Positions 10,651 to 24,128 are shown, counted from the first letter of the stretch. The stretch: 64,000 bases of DNA from Guillardia theta CCMP2712 (GCF_000315625.1 NW_005434663.1:333643-397642), one strand, 5' to 3'. The notes: generated by a model from the letters alone, not told the origin. Numbers and translations: made by a program.

Positions 10651-13600
10651 GTCCCGAATGATTGTTTGCTTCACCTCTGACCATCTCGCACAAAAGGGAC
10701 TTTACACCCTTGAAGACAGGCATCACTACGTAAGGAGTGTGCTACGTTAGCATTAGAAGGTGATTGAAGTTGGCAGAAATCAAAGTTCAGAAAGCCCCTG
10801 CCGGCGAGACTGAGAGGTTGGTTGTCAAGGACAACTTCTCTACACGAGCTCAAAAGCTCATCATGCTTGCTAGGACTCCATCGAAATGTGTCAACAGTCG
10901 TGGAGGTCTGTGAACTCCGTGGGAACAGAGGAGGAGACATTTCTGACATGTGACAAAGGGGATCCGAGCGACGATCTTGATCGGAGCCTCGGGGATCAGG
11001 TCAGTGCAAGCATTGCGATGCTTCCAAATTGTATGACGAGAGGGGATGGAAGGGGAGCGTTCGATCGGGATGTGCTGCGAATCTTGCACAAGAACCATGA
11101 GAGGTGTGTATCTTATTTGTTTTGGTTGCGAATGCTTGCTTCCTTCTGCCTTCAACAATCTCCGAGAGTGAAAACCACTCTTCATCTTCAAGGCCCGGCA
11201 TTATCGTCCTCTCCAACACTCAGGGGAAGGCTGAGTGTTCGTCAGCGGATACTTGGCATCATACGACAGGTCGGAGATTGTTACCCCTGCTTGCTTTCCC
11301 TTGTTTCTTTCTTTCTGCTCGCCTTCCTCTCCATCTCCTGCTCTCCTGTCGTTCGCTCCTCCCATGCCCCTCTCCTCCGCTTCTCCCGCCCTCCCCACCC
11401 CTGCTCTCCTCCGCTACTTCGTACCTTCATCTCGTCTGCTCTGTGAACTCCTCCTCCTCGTCTTGTCCTGTGGTCGGCCCAACTCCAGTCATCTCCTCCC
11501 AGGCAACGGCAAGACCCTCTACGTGGGAGGAGACGACCCTCTGCCGTATCGTCCACTCGGCTATGAAGGAGTCGCTCTCATCCCGTCGAGGGTGAGGAGC
11601 GATTGCTGAGATCGATGGATCCATCCATCATGAGAGCGGCACTGACATCACTTTGACATCTGTGTTGAGCTGTCTGTGTCATGACACGTGTGGAACTATC
11701 TTCTCATCTTCAGACCACCTTGACATCATGTGTTGATGACTCTCAGACTTGTTCGATGATGATGCTGAACTGGTCTCAACAATGTCGGCAGGCGACCTCT
11801 CTGTTTGTCTATCCAGGAATCTCGCTGGCGACTTTCGGTGAAGTCACGCAAGGTCGTTGATGTGGGAGTGAAGGTTCTTGCAGCTGCTGGCATCTCGAGC
11901 ATTACTCCCAGCATGTTGCAGGTGATTGCAGATCTTGTTATCACTTCGTCTTCTTCTTTCATCTTTACTTTGTTGCACTTTGTATTTTGTTTCTCGCATC
12001 TTGGCTCAGGTCGCTGCTGAAACTTTAGCTCGCATGGCATCGATCGGTACGTCCAAGATCAAGTAAGATAACAGATCTGATGCTCGTGCCATCAACAGAT
12101 GAAATCTCTTACGGGAGTCTGTTTCCTCGCCTGTCTCTGCTCAAAGACATCTCAGGTAGAAGAGACGGCAGGACAAGACATGAAAACATGAGAGATGAAG
12201 ATCATCATGGTCATTTTCACTTTGACTTGTCGCAGTAAGGATCGCTGCGGAAATCATCAGGGTAGCACAGAAGGAGCAGGTCTGAAGGAGGACAAGTTGC
12301 AAACCGTCGCTGCTGACGTACAAGCGCAGAAGACAAACAAGGTCGTTCCGGAAGGATACAAAGAGCTTCTCAGCTTCCTACAAGTGGGATCGGGTTTTCA
12401 GACCCATCGCTGCGATTCTCACGCCCGATGCAGAGCTTGCAAGACCTGGATGCTGATGACGAGCTTGTATCGTCGTACAGGTGAGAGTTCGACATCTCCC
12501 CGTGTCTCATGAAGGTGTCGCAGCTGGCAGGAGGGTGAGAAGGTGGAAGTCAAGGTCGGAGGAGAGGAAGGAGCCTTCCTCGCTGGAGCAGGAGGTCTGA
12601 CGGTGATGATGGCGAGAAGGGGGAAGACGCGACAAGTGACATGATTGCAGAAGAGGATCGAACTGTGAGACGTCGACCTCCTGTACTGAGTAGTGCAGCT
12701 TTGACAAGATGAGCATGATATTCGAAATGAAACAATCTTCTGACCGACTACCGAAACGAGATGGAGGGACGTGGGATGAATGCAACCTGCTTGAGGGAGC
12801 GACATTCCACCCTCCCTCCCCTGGCGAAGGTTGACGAGGTGAGTATGGTAGCACCTGGGCAGCCCGAGGATGGAGGATCTCGATGGAGCGAGTACGAGAG
12901 AGCAATCCCCCCAGACAAGTGAGGAGGCAATGTTCCGAAGAAGGCGACAAGACTTGGAGTCCGTGACCCTGCTCAAGATACGTAAAATGATGTTCCGAAG
13001 AAGGCGGACGCCCGATCACGATACCTCGAGCCCCCAATACGTCACGATACCGGTCACAGCACCCCGTAGTGACACCTTTAGATGTTCACCCGGGGCTATC
13101 CCAGAGATTCGGCGAGGAGACGCACATGCGCCTGCTTCGTCCCAAGAAGACTAAACTTGGAGTCCGTGACCCTGCTTTCCCCCGGCTTCTCGACGACTCA
13201 AGATCCTTCTCGATCTCAGCAGGCAGCAGGCATGGAGCAGAAAAGAAGCTCTTATGGAGTCTGCTTGCGAGATATGTGAGGTCTCGGGGCTGACGGATCT
13301 GATATGGAGGCTTTTCGGATCTCAGGTCCCTTCATAGCCCCCTCGTCGTCTCCTTGCGTCACCCTCGCTGTCCGCCGCTCAGCCCGACACCATGTGCTCT
13401 GCTCGTCCGCGATCCTCCCGGTCCTGCTCCTGCTCGTCCCGCGCTCCCTGCCCCTCTTGTTCCTCTGCATCTCCGGACGCCATGAGCTCTCCTCCCCGGC
13501 GCCTCTCGGACAGCGACCCGCCTGCGTCGCCCTCGTCGCACTTGTCCTGCTCCTGCTCCTCTGCCTCTCCCTGCTCCTCTTGTTCCTCTGCCTCTCTCTG

Positions 13601-13863
13601 CTCCTCTTTGTCCTTGTCCTCGTCCCCTCCTCCTGTCTGCTCCCTCAAGGCCCTCCAGCTCGCCCGCCTCCGCGCCGCCATCGCCTACATCGAGCGCCTC
13701 CAGCGCCTCCACGGCGGCAGCGTCGACGGGGAGCGTCTGCCTTGCGTGATCCGACGGGACGAGGCGGCGAGAAGGGAGGAGGAGGGGGGATGTGATAGAG
13801 TCGAGGATACAAGTAAACTACGATAAGCCGAGCAGACGAGTCGACTTGAGTCAGTGACGGGAA
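10651..13863 (+). pseudogene. Tandem duplication copy 2: 5'-truncated copy of the malic enzyme-like gene
   Basis: Starts mid-gene just after the GIWLMDPK exon. Near identical to 7485-10650 apart from an extra 60 bp at about 13049-13108 and a few SNPs in the 3' third. Confidence 0.75.
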
Positions 13864-13899
13864 CCTGGAGGAGGGAGGGAGGGAGGGAGGGAGGGATGT

Positions 13900-14660
13900 T
13901 GGTACGAATGTACATGAATAGTTTTCAATGGACTTCTTCAATACTTTGACATCATATTAGCTTTTTCAACCTGTTCTCACATTTCTTTCTCTCAATCTCT
14001 TGTCGACTTCTCCGTCTCCGATCATTTCTAGAAAGTTTCTCTCCTCCTTATGTCACATGATGGACGCGTGTGTCTGCAATCGCACCAGCCGTCTCAGCAA
14101 CCCGCCTCCACCTCTACTCCTCTCCTCTCTCTCTTCTGCTATCCTCTCCTTCTTTCCCCTTCTGCTCTGCTTCTCGTCTCCCCTCTTGCTATCGTCACCT
14201 CCTCTCCTCTCCCCACCGCACCGCTCCTCTCCTCCCTCCCCTCCTCTACTCCTTTTCTTCTTGTCACCTTGCGCAAGTTGACGCTGCCGCCCTGCGGATT
14301 ATCCACGACCACCTTAAGTGCGTCATCTGCTATGAGCACGAAGCAGAGGAGGGGAGGAGAGAGGAGAGGAGGGGAGGGGAGGGAACAGGTGAGAAAGAAA
14401 GAGGAGGAGACGGGTGAGAAGGGGAAGTGGAGGGGAGGGGAGGGGAGGTAGGGGGGCAGGGGAGGAGAGGAGAAGGAGGAGAGAGGAGAGGAGGATAGAA
14501 AGGAGAAGCAATAAGTAACAATGACAAGTTTCTTACAAACTCTGAGTTCGAGACATTTCTTGTGCGCGAGGAAGTCTTCAAACTTGAATGTTTGCCAGCG
14601 GGCAAGACGCGATCAATCTCTGACAACCAGGCGTTCCTGAACATGATCTGAGTTGTTGAT
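13900..14660 (-). CDS. Possible short exons of an unidentified gene, or far 3' exons of the channel gene
   Basis: Complex-sequence islands between purine/pyrimidine-tract introns, e.g. LIADDALKVVVDNPQGGSVNLRK and QIMFRNAWLSEIDRVLPAGK. No recognisable domain. Confidence 0.3.
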
Positions 14661-14930
14661 ACCACAAGGGAGTAGGAGTAGGAGTAGGAGGATGAGAATA
14701 AGCAAGAGTAGGAGTAGGAATAGGAGGAGGAAGAGTAGGAGTATGAGGAGGAGGAGGAGGAGGAGGAGGAGGAGGAGGAGGAGGAGGAGGAGGAGTAGGA
14801 GGAGGAGTAGGAGGAGGAGTAGGAGGAGTAGGATTAAGAGCCGATGATGATGATTGAAGGGATGTTGATGGCAATTTGCTGAGCATTGCGGATGATTGTA
14901 GCATGAAAAGATGAGGCAAAGACAGAAGTT

Positions 14931-17900
14931 CACATGTCTATGGGTTCGTCCTTCGGATCAGAATGAGTTGGTCGTATCGAATTCATGAAGTTGTCTTCTT
15001 GCGGATCAGAATGAGTTCGTCGTATCGAATTCATGAAGTTGTCTTCTTGCCGCTGAATCGCAATCATGATCGATGTTGAATCGTTTCTTCTCATCTTCTT
15101 ACCTCATTCTGTGCTGCAGGGTGAATTTGGAAGAGATTGTGAAAACCCTGGAAAATGACCATCAAGACCTTCAGCATTAAGATTGCTATCATATCAGCAT
15201 AACATAGATCCTCTCCTCTTCATCTCTGTCTTATCAGGATGGCATGAAGCAGCAACATATTGCTGCTCACGTTGGTGCTCGAACGTCGTCCTTCCGGCTT
15301 GTTGAGTTTTCGTCTCTCGGTGTCAACTTCTCTCGGCATGGTTCTCCTCGTCTTCTTTGCTTCCTCCTTTGTATGTTTCGACGACAGATTGTCGATCTTG
15401 TTTTCAAGCGCTTCCAATCTGCAATCATCGAGGCAACTTCATTACTATTGCCTTTGATATGTTCCCCTCCTCCCTTCCTCCCCTAATCCTCCTCCTCGAA
15501 TTGCAATTTTCATCACCATCGTTCTCAAACCGAATAGACTCGATCAACAACAATCAGTACATGTAACCATCCTCTTCATGATCAGGATCAGGATCAGGAT
15601 CAGGATCAGGATCAGGATCAGGATCAGGATCAGGATCAGGATCAGGATCATATAGCTGTGAAAGCAGGAGAGAGCAACCTTTCCATGATAGCAGTATTAT
15701 GCTTGTTCACAGCAGCCATGAATTGCATCATCATTTCCTGCATGCCGTCAGGTCAGCATAGAGTTTCGATCGACTTTGAAACCTTGGATTCATCTCCTCC
15801 CCTTGACGTCTTTGAGTCTTCCACGTGCGATATGCTCGAGCTTTGCTGCTGCTCCTCTTCCCTCGTCCTCTTGCTGACGTCAACCCCAAGCGTTCTCTTC
15901 GTGATGTCTCCCACCGCGAGCTTCAGCGCGAACATGACGAAGCCGAAGTGCTGGTCGTCCCTCATGACAGCTGGGAGAGAGTTGGCCAGGTTTCTCTCGG
16001 CGAAGCTCAACATCTGGATCCGCAAAGTCCTCTCGAACGCGTCTTTGTCCAGCTCGCCATCAGCATCGCACAGAGAGTGCTGGAGGGTGATGGCGTTGTA
16101 CTCGTCCTGGGAGAAATTGATCCTGGGCTTGAACTCCATCTTCTTAAGCCCCTCATAGAGCTCCTGCCAGCTCAGCGCGCCGGATCGGTCGACGTCGAGG
16201 CGGTCGAAGAGGTCGGAGCAGCGTTTCTTCATCTCCTCATCGGACTTGACGTTGATGAAGGTCTGAAGGAGCGGGTCGATGGATGTTGTTGTCCCCTCCC
16301 CCCTTTCTCGCTCCAGCTTCTCCCGCTCGTTCTTGTCCTTCTCCCTCCTTGTCGCCGTGGTGAAGTTGTCTAGGAGGACGGCGATGACGACGGGGAGAAG
16401 GGTAAAGGAGACGATGATGAGGAAGGAGACGAAGAACAGAGCCGATCCTGGAGTCATCGAGCCATCCGCGTTGAAGAGATCGCGGGAGATGCTTGCCCAG
16501 TCATCGAACGTTGACACCTGACAACTGATTTACATCTCCCCTCCTCCTCTCTACCTCTATCCTGCCTTCTTTCCTCTCCCTCCGCCTGCCTGCCTGCCTG
16601 CATGTCTCCTTCCTCCTTCCTTACTCTCTCTCTGCCTTTCTCACTCGTTCCCCAGCATCTCTTGATCACTCACTTGAAACATGGTGAAGATTCCCTGCGA
16701 AGAACAATTAAAGGCGAGGCTCCCCTAAGACGCGAGACGATCGCAGGACCTGGGCGAAGGTTTTGAAGTGATTCTCGTCTCGCTTGCGGAAGAAGCTCAC
16801 TCCCAGCACCTTGCAAGAGTTTCAGCGGAGGGACAGGGCAGTCAGAGAGACAACTGACCGCATAGATGGCCATGACGAGAAAGACGATCAGCATCGCGTT
16901 GAGAACAGGCCTGACGTGTCAAAGTCAATCTTGACCATGGCTGACCCTCCTGTGTTGTCGTTACAAGATGGAGGCCGTGAGAGCATTGATCAACATCCTT
17001 AAAGATTTCAGCCTGAAGAATCAAATCATCAGCCTCACCTCCTCCTCCTCCCCTTTGCCTTCTATTCCTCCTCCTCCTCCTCCTCTTCGCTGTCCATTCA
17101 TCCTCCTTTTTCTCCTCCTCCTCCTCCTCCTCCTTGCTTTCTCCATTTTCTTCTCCTTCTCTTCCTCGCCTATCGTCCTCTCTTGTCCCCTCTCCTGCTC
17201 TCCCTCTCCTGCTCTCCCCCATCTTCACTCACCTCGCAAAGATCCTCATCACTCGAAACGCTCGGAGCAATCGAAGAGTCTTGATGAAGGGCAAACTCAC
17301 TGCGCCTAGTCGTCACAAGGCAGCCTGCAACGTGACGACCATGAAGACCTGGTCCGAGCGAGACGATGGTGACTGAGACTACAATAAAGTCGAACACGTT
17401 CCAACTGGAAACAGGAATGTGAGTCACTTCGACCCTCCTGCTTGGTTCTCCTACTTGTCTCTCCAGAATTCAAAAAACCAATGGGCACACATATTGACCA
17501 GCAGCTCGAACGCAAACACGAGCGTGAAACCCTGTTCACACCCGCCAGTCAGAAAGTTTTGCATAAGTCATGATGACAGTCATATCACCACGTCGAGCAT
17601 CTCAAACATGTGCGATGTACTCGATCCCTCCTCCGGCGTCACCTTCACATTCATTTGCATCTGCAATGTAGCGCGCACCTTCCTCTCTTTACCTGCAGCT
17701 CTGCTGCTGTAGCACAGAAGTTCAATGCAATGAGAAGAGCGAAGAATGTTTGTGTTATGTTTGAATCGTAGACTCTTGATAGGTTTTTCTACATTACCAT
17801 GCAATAGTCATCATCTACCAGGATGCAGAAACCTTCACTGCTTACCCTTAGAGTCGTCCAGAAGTTGTTTCTCTTCCACGTTTTGGTTGCACTATACAAG

Positions 17901-19336
17901 CAGGTTGAGAAGTCTACTAACTCCACATGTCAAATCTTACACAGTAATCTGATGCTCCATGGTTGAGATCCACTCCTCGACAAACTGCAGAAGAAAAGTC
18001 CTTCAGAAGCATCGGCAAGGCAGCATCATTGGCGAGAGGGTTGCAATAATGAGAAGAATGAAGAGAATAGTACATAAATCACACAGTACATCACCTTGAT
18101 CTTGTAATCCTCCGACAACTTATCAAGACTGAAGATTCGAAATGAATATGTTCTTCCTGTAGTATGCTTCACTTCCCTTCCACCACATAAGGTATAAACA
18201 AGTGCCTGAGTTGTACCCATCAGCAATCGTCCTGACATGCAGAATCTCCTGATTTTCCAAGCTCATTGGCATAAATCAAGTAGAGCTAACAGTTGCGAAC
18301 CTTGCTCTCCATCAGGATTGCTGGCAGAATCGATCTCTGAAACTCTTCGAACTGAATGCTTCCTGCAAACAAACATTTCAACGCTTCGTCTGGCAGATTC
18401 GAACTTCCTGACCGTCCTTGTTCATGTCAGCTTCCTGTCAAGCAAGAATCTCAGAATTTTCAGAAGACAGCCTGTAGATTGTCTGACCTCGTAAATGGCT
18501 GCGATCCTCCTGGAACTGATCCCAAACCTCGACATCGCTAGGTTCAACTTCGGGAATGGCCATAGGTCAAGAAAGAGGCAGCGTGAAGAATCCTCCACCT
18601 CTTGCAACGACAGACATCCATTCCCGTCGGTATCGATCTCGTTGAAAAGCGCTTGGATGTCATGATGACCGTTTTGCACAACCTCGATCTTCGAGTTCTT
18701 GTCAGCTCCGAGAGACAAGGTAACCCCAACCTCACCTCATGTAGGGGGATGTAATCCAACATCACATCGTCGCCTTCTAGAGCGATAGCAAGACGATCTT
18801 TGAGCAACACAATCTGTTCAACGATTTCAGAAAAACAAAGAGAGCGAGTCAGGTCCAAACCTTTCGTCTTTGCTCTCCAGCACCATAATAAAAGGTGTCT
18901 GGTGGATTCATTGATAGGCGTCACACATAAGGCAGCTGTTTGATCTGTTCACCTGATTTGACGATTTGAAACTGTGAGATCAGAGGATTTGTATTGTCAA
19001 TCTTGGAAATTCCCAGGCTATTTCACGCAAGGTGAGATTGGCACTACGGGGTTGGTCGCAATGCTCACCCGACTTGGGCTTTGAGCATCTTCCGTGCACC
19101 ATTCGCTGCTGTGCTTGCCACGAAAGCCATACTTGTGTAGGAATATAGCTTCCTCCTCCCCTAGAGGCGAATGACAAAAAGACGAAAGATCAAATCACTC
19201 GCCAAGGCGACAAAATAGAGACATGACTGATGCTCTCACTTCGACTCTATCCTACAAACACCCTTCAGTCTTCTCTCACTCTCTTCGTATCTTCTTCTGC
19301 TCCCTCTTCACTCTCTCTCCTCTCTTCTGCCGCCAT
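14931..19336 (-). CDS. Single-domain (1x6TM) voltage-gated cation channel, EukCat/BacNav/CatSper-like, with N-terminal PH plus EF-hands and C-terminal EF-hands
   Basis: S2 FTLVFAFELLVNM; S3 WNVFDFIVVSV; S4 IKTLRLLRAFRVMRIFAR; S5 PVLNAMLIVFLVMAIYA; pore FTMFQVSTFDDWASISR; S6 FFVSFLIIVSFTLLPVVIAVLLDNF. EF-hands DVDRSGALSWQE and DTDGNGCLSLQE. PH pieces DYIPLHE and GRTYSFR...EEWISTME. Both termini are approximate. Confidence 0.85.
14953..15050. repeat. 48-bp direct repeat x2 (minus-strand reading QEDNFMNSIRxTHSDP)
   Basis: cggatcagaatgagtt(g/c)gtcgtatcgaattcatgaagttgtcttcttgc occurs twice in tandem. Confidence 0.85.
15579..15650. repeat. (GATCAG)n microsatellite, about 12 copies, intronic
   Basis: Directly visible. 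Confidence 0.95.
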
Positions 19337-19985
19337 CCTTCGACCCCTTGCACCATGTCGCCACTTGTTGTTTGACGGAGTGACGTTCTTTTTTTTACGA
19401 GTAATTGTACCCCACCCCCTCCAAATCAAAATATCCTCAAACGTTTCCACCAAACACCATCAAATTCGAGTCAAATTCACCCGTACATCATGACCCCTAC
19501 CCCCCTTCTTGAATGTGGTTCTAAAATTTTCAGAGTCCATTTGACCATCACCCCAACCTCCTCGAATGACCACTAGAGTACCCCTCCTCAAAGAGGTCTT
19601 GACCACCCCTACCCTGTGATGAGAAGTCATGATATATCCTCCAAGTTGACATTCACAGACCACTCATCCCCCTCATTCCCTTCACCTGTGATTTTTTTTT
19701 GGTCCGCATCAACGGCCGGGCTGGCGGCATGGCGGGCATGGTGGCCGCGCTCGGGGTGGCCATGGCGCGCGGCAAGGAGGAGGCGCTTCCTCGAGTCACT
19801 CACGTGAGCTGGTTGATGATGGGGATGAAGATGAAGGTTGCCCGCAGGTGGTCGAGCATGGAGCGGCATGGAGGTCGGGGAGAATATTCAAGGGCGACGC
19901 CTTGGTCTCCATAGCAGGACATAACGTGTAATCTGAGAGGATGAGGTGGAGGGAAGAAACATGACTTCACTTTCATAGGTCTGGG

Positions 19986-22900
19986 ATGAGCATGGAAGAG
20001 ATTTCTCGTGTTGTTGATAGCATTGAGCGGCAAGACATCAACGTTGAAATGTTGTGTCTCGATGGAAGGTCAAAGTTTGTGATGTTAAACACAAGCGCAG
20101 AAGACCGCAGGCATCCATCGCAATTCACTGAGCATGAGAGGGGAACACGACAATCAAATCAGAGATGGCTCAGTCAAGGTCAAGGTCAGGATACGGCCAT
20201 GGTAGATATGATGACCAAGCTTGTTCGCCTTCAGAAGTTTGTGAAAAGGAAACCAGTCATCTCAGCATTCGAAGCATGGATCGACAAGACTCACGAGCTG
20301 ATACGCGTGCGAGAATTATGCAATAGAATAGTTCATCGTATGAAAGGCTCGTCAACTGCGAGATACTTCATGGGTTGGATGTACCTGGTCCAAGAGCGGA
20401 TTAGAATCAGGGAGTGGTATGCAGGACATGAGGAGAAGATCAGGAGCAAGAGACAATCTTCTCTGGGGTTCGACTCCTTTTGTCGTTGGCGGCTAGGCTG
20501 TGCAGTCAGCAATCCTTGGGGTCTTGTTTTCAGCTGGGAGCTTGACACGTCTGAGGTAGACTTCGTTGTGACAGCAATACAGCGCAGGAAGGCATTTGGT
20601 TCCCCATATGAGGAGTGTGCAGTTGGACTAGACTTTCCTGCCTTGGAAGGAATGACAGTGAGATTGAGTTCTCAGGGTCGCTCTGCGCTCAATGGCATGA
20701 ACTTTCGAACTCGAGGAGAGGAGGGGCCTGGGGTTGTTCTGCAAGCCAACGAGGGGGAGGTAGTCGTAGTGCAGTGGATAAACAGCGGGAGGATCAAGAG
20801 CTACTGCACAGGACACTGCTTTCAATTCTGGTTGACACCTGCCACCGCAAGCATGAGTGAAGGGACAGGAAATCTTCATCTTGTCTTAAAGTTTCCAAGG
20901 TCGACTCCATGGTCGATGGGACAGTACGAAGATGAGGATGGTTTCCTTCATTCGCCGATAGGCTGCTCACCAGAGAAGGCAAGAATCTTGCAATACGTGA
21001 AGGCGAGATTAATCAGAGATCACTACTTGAGACAGAAAGCGTCGAGTGTGCTGCAGAGCTTCTGGGTTGGAAGAATGTGCCGGCAACGCTACATCCTGAT
21101 GGCCAGACAAATATGCGTGCTGCAGAGGATAGCTGTGTCTTGTGCGACAAGGAGCATCGTTCAACTCCCTCTCCTGTTGGAAGAGCGAGACAAGATCAGG
21201 AACGAGTCGGCAAGCACGCTGCAGGCAAGCCTGCGAGCAGAGATGGCTTCCAGGAATGTTGTGAAGTTGAAGGCTGTTGTGAACTCGGTGGTGAGAAGAA
21301 GGAGCTTCGTCGAAAGGCAAACGAGCGCAAAATCGTTGACAAGAGCTTGCTCAAGAGCGCTGGTTCAAATCCTTACGCGGAGGATGATAGTCGTCGAGCG
21401 GTCCGTTGAGATCATAGGTATCAGTGCGTTGAGAACAATCAGCCGCAGGAGACATGCGGAGACGATTGAAAGTTCTGCTCTACTCGTGTCCTTGGCCCGG
21501 GCAAGACAGTCAAAGAGTGACTACCAGCGGACTCGGTCTGCAGTATCCTCCCTCCAAGCAATGGTACGACGGGGTAGCGCAAGCAGGAGGTACTGCGATG
21601 GTTGGGTGGAGGCTGCAGTGAAGGGGATGGTCGAGGCTGTCGCATCCTCGTGTGCTACCGTCCTCCAGGCTGCGGTCAGGAGGCGACTCGCCATCGACAG
21701 GAAGGAGAAGCTGCGGATTTCTGTGAAATTTCTCTCCGTCTGTTTCGTCCGGACGAAATTCCGTCTGCAATGGCTGACCATCGTCCGTGCTGCCGTCCGC
21801 CTGCAGGCCAGCTGCAACTTCGCGCTGAACAGGATTGGAGAGGACGGGATTCGTTTCCTGAGCAGATTCTTGTGGAGGCGAGTGAGGAGGACGAGGCTCC
21901 TTTGCCGGCTGCAGGCAGCGCTAAGGATGGGTGTAGCTTCGACTGAGCACAGGGCTCGACGAGCGGGGACCTGTGTGCTACAGGCGAAGCTGAGGAGGAC
22001 GGTGAACAGGCTCGACTTCTCGATGCAGGTGAGAGGAAGGCATGAGCTTGCTGCCAAGGTCTGGCCGGTAGAGCGACTGCAAGCGTGCGCGAGGAGGAGG
22101 ATAAGTCCTCCGCTGCTGCTCAAGTGGTCGTTCATGAACCCCCACGCTGTGATGAGGGTCCTTCAAGCAGCTGCGAGGAGAACAGAGAGGAGGAGCAGGT
22201 ACGCGCTACGTTTTGCTGCCTCGATCACTCTCCAGGCCTGCCTGCGGTGTCGGCTGATCCGCCTTCACTTCCTCTCTGCTCGGCTGTGGTGTGAGAGGAG
22301 GAAGCAGCCGTTCGACCGGCTCTTCTCCCGAGTCGTCGGGCATTCGGTAGGGAAGGAGCAGCTGCGGGTCCAGGCAGGGAAGCAGCGGGGGATGTGGATG
22401 ACGGAAGTCCCGCAAATCCGGGAGAGAGCTCGAAGCCTGCTGGGGTCGGAGGCGGTCGGGGAGACTCTGATGCAGACGGTGGAGAGGAGCGGGAGGGTGG
22501 AGGAGGCGAAAGTCTCCTGCCTCCTTCCCGCCATCCCACACGCTTCGCTGCCCCACCAGGTCCGAGTCGTCAAGAGGAGCTTGATGAAGCAGCAGCTCCC
22601 CTTCCTCCACGTGCCCAGGGACAGCACCATCGTGAGGAGGCTGCGGGAGCAGGAGGCAGAGGTCGACCGCTGCTCGCACCGAGAACGCGAGCAAGGGAAG
22701 ATGGCGAGAGCGCTGCTGGAGGGCCAGGAGTCGCGAGTTCTACACTGCGAGCTGAGCATGGCGGAAAGGCTGCAGGAGAGGATCCAGAGCTCGATGCTGG
22801 AGGAGGAGGTAGCGAAGCTGGAAAGGACCAGAGCTCTCAGCCAGACCGTCACCTTCATGCCGCAAGGGCCGAGGGGCAACTCTCCCTGCTTCTCCCATCC

Positions 22901-23070
22901 TCGTCGCAAGATCAGTCTTCCTGCACCCGCAGAGGGGAAGCGTGTGCGTCGTTGGGAGAGGCAGGAGGGAGGAGAGGAAACGGATGGGCGGCGGGGAGAC
23001 AAGCACTCTCGTGAAGGTCAAGAACCTCTGGATGAGGAAAACAGGCTCCTTCAGCAGAAGGAAGTGCATG

Positions 23071-23113
<43 letters not shown>

Positions 23114-23114
23114 A

Positions 23115-23179
<65 letters not shown>

Positions 23180-24128
23180 AGTACGGCCTTCATCAGCAGC
23201 TATCCGTTACAATGCCCTGAAGAGGAGGAGGCTGCAGATCCAGCGGGAGGCGGAAGAGGCGAAGGAGAGGAGGCTGAAATGGCTGCTGGCGGAGCTGGAG
23301 CAGGAGCAGGGGGGGCAGCAGCTGACGGTGAAGAGCGGGCAGGTGATGCGCTGCCTTGCAGAAGCAGAGATCGTAGAGGAGAGGATGCGAACGATGGTGC
23401 GAGGAGGAGCCAACGTCACGCTCCTGCTGAGGCTGTCGGAGCTGGTGCAGGAGAAGAGGGCCGAGGCAATGCGGCTGAGCGCAGCGATCAAGATCCAGCG
23501 ATGGTTCCACAGCACCGTGAAGGGCTGGAGGGAGAAGAAGAGGAGGAGGGAGGAGGAGGTCAAGACCGCAAAGAGTAGGACGACGGTTATGAGGACGCAG
23601 CGATGGCTGGAGCAGCACGACGGGGAGGAGGCGAGCAGGGGCGCTTTGTCGCTGGTGAATATCAGGAGGAGCAAGATGAATCACGCGAGGATAACGCGCA
23701 ACGCCCCGACGGTGAGGAAGAGGGCGGCAGCGAAGCTGCAGGCGGCCGTGAGGATGGAGGCGAGGAGGAGCGAGTTCATGGAGTCCTTCTCCTCCCTCAC
23801 CTTCCGCCGCCTCCTCTCCTCCATCGTCACCCTCCAGTCCGCCTGCCGCCGCCTGCTCCTCCAGCAAGAGGCCCGCAGAATCGCGCCAGCCATCATGATC
23901 CTGCAAGGAAAAGTCCGGTGCTTCCTCGAGCGAGACGCATACCACGAGAGCGTGAGGAGGAGGATAGCAGAGGAGACGCTGCAGGTCAAGGCGAAGGCGG
24001 CAAGGCTGCTGCAGGGAGGGCTGAGGAGGCAGCTGATGCGGCTGCGGAAGGAGCAGGAGAAGGTTCGGTTTGAGTCCGCCATGAGGATCGGAGATCGGAT
24101 CATCACGTATGAAAGCATCTTCCGGTGA
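19986..24128 (+). CDS. 1380-aa single-ORF protein with many degenerate IQ motifs, a MIB/HERC2-like domain and an (EQ)n tract
   Basis: About 14 IQ-like motifs (VLQSFWVGRMCRQRY, VLQAAVRRRLA, AAIKIQRWF, AAKLQAAVRMEARR, ILQGKVRCFLERDAY). GMTVRL...GPGVV...VVVQWINSGRIKSYCTG...FWL resembles MIB/HERC2. AFEAW...YFMGW resembles Sfi1-type repeats. Confidence 0.8.
23074..23180. repeat. (GAGCAG)n coding microsatellite encoding (EQ)n
   Basis: Directly visible, in frame within the IQ protein. Confidence 0.9.
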
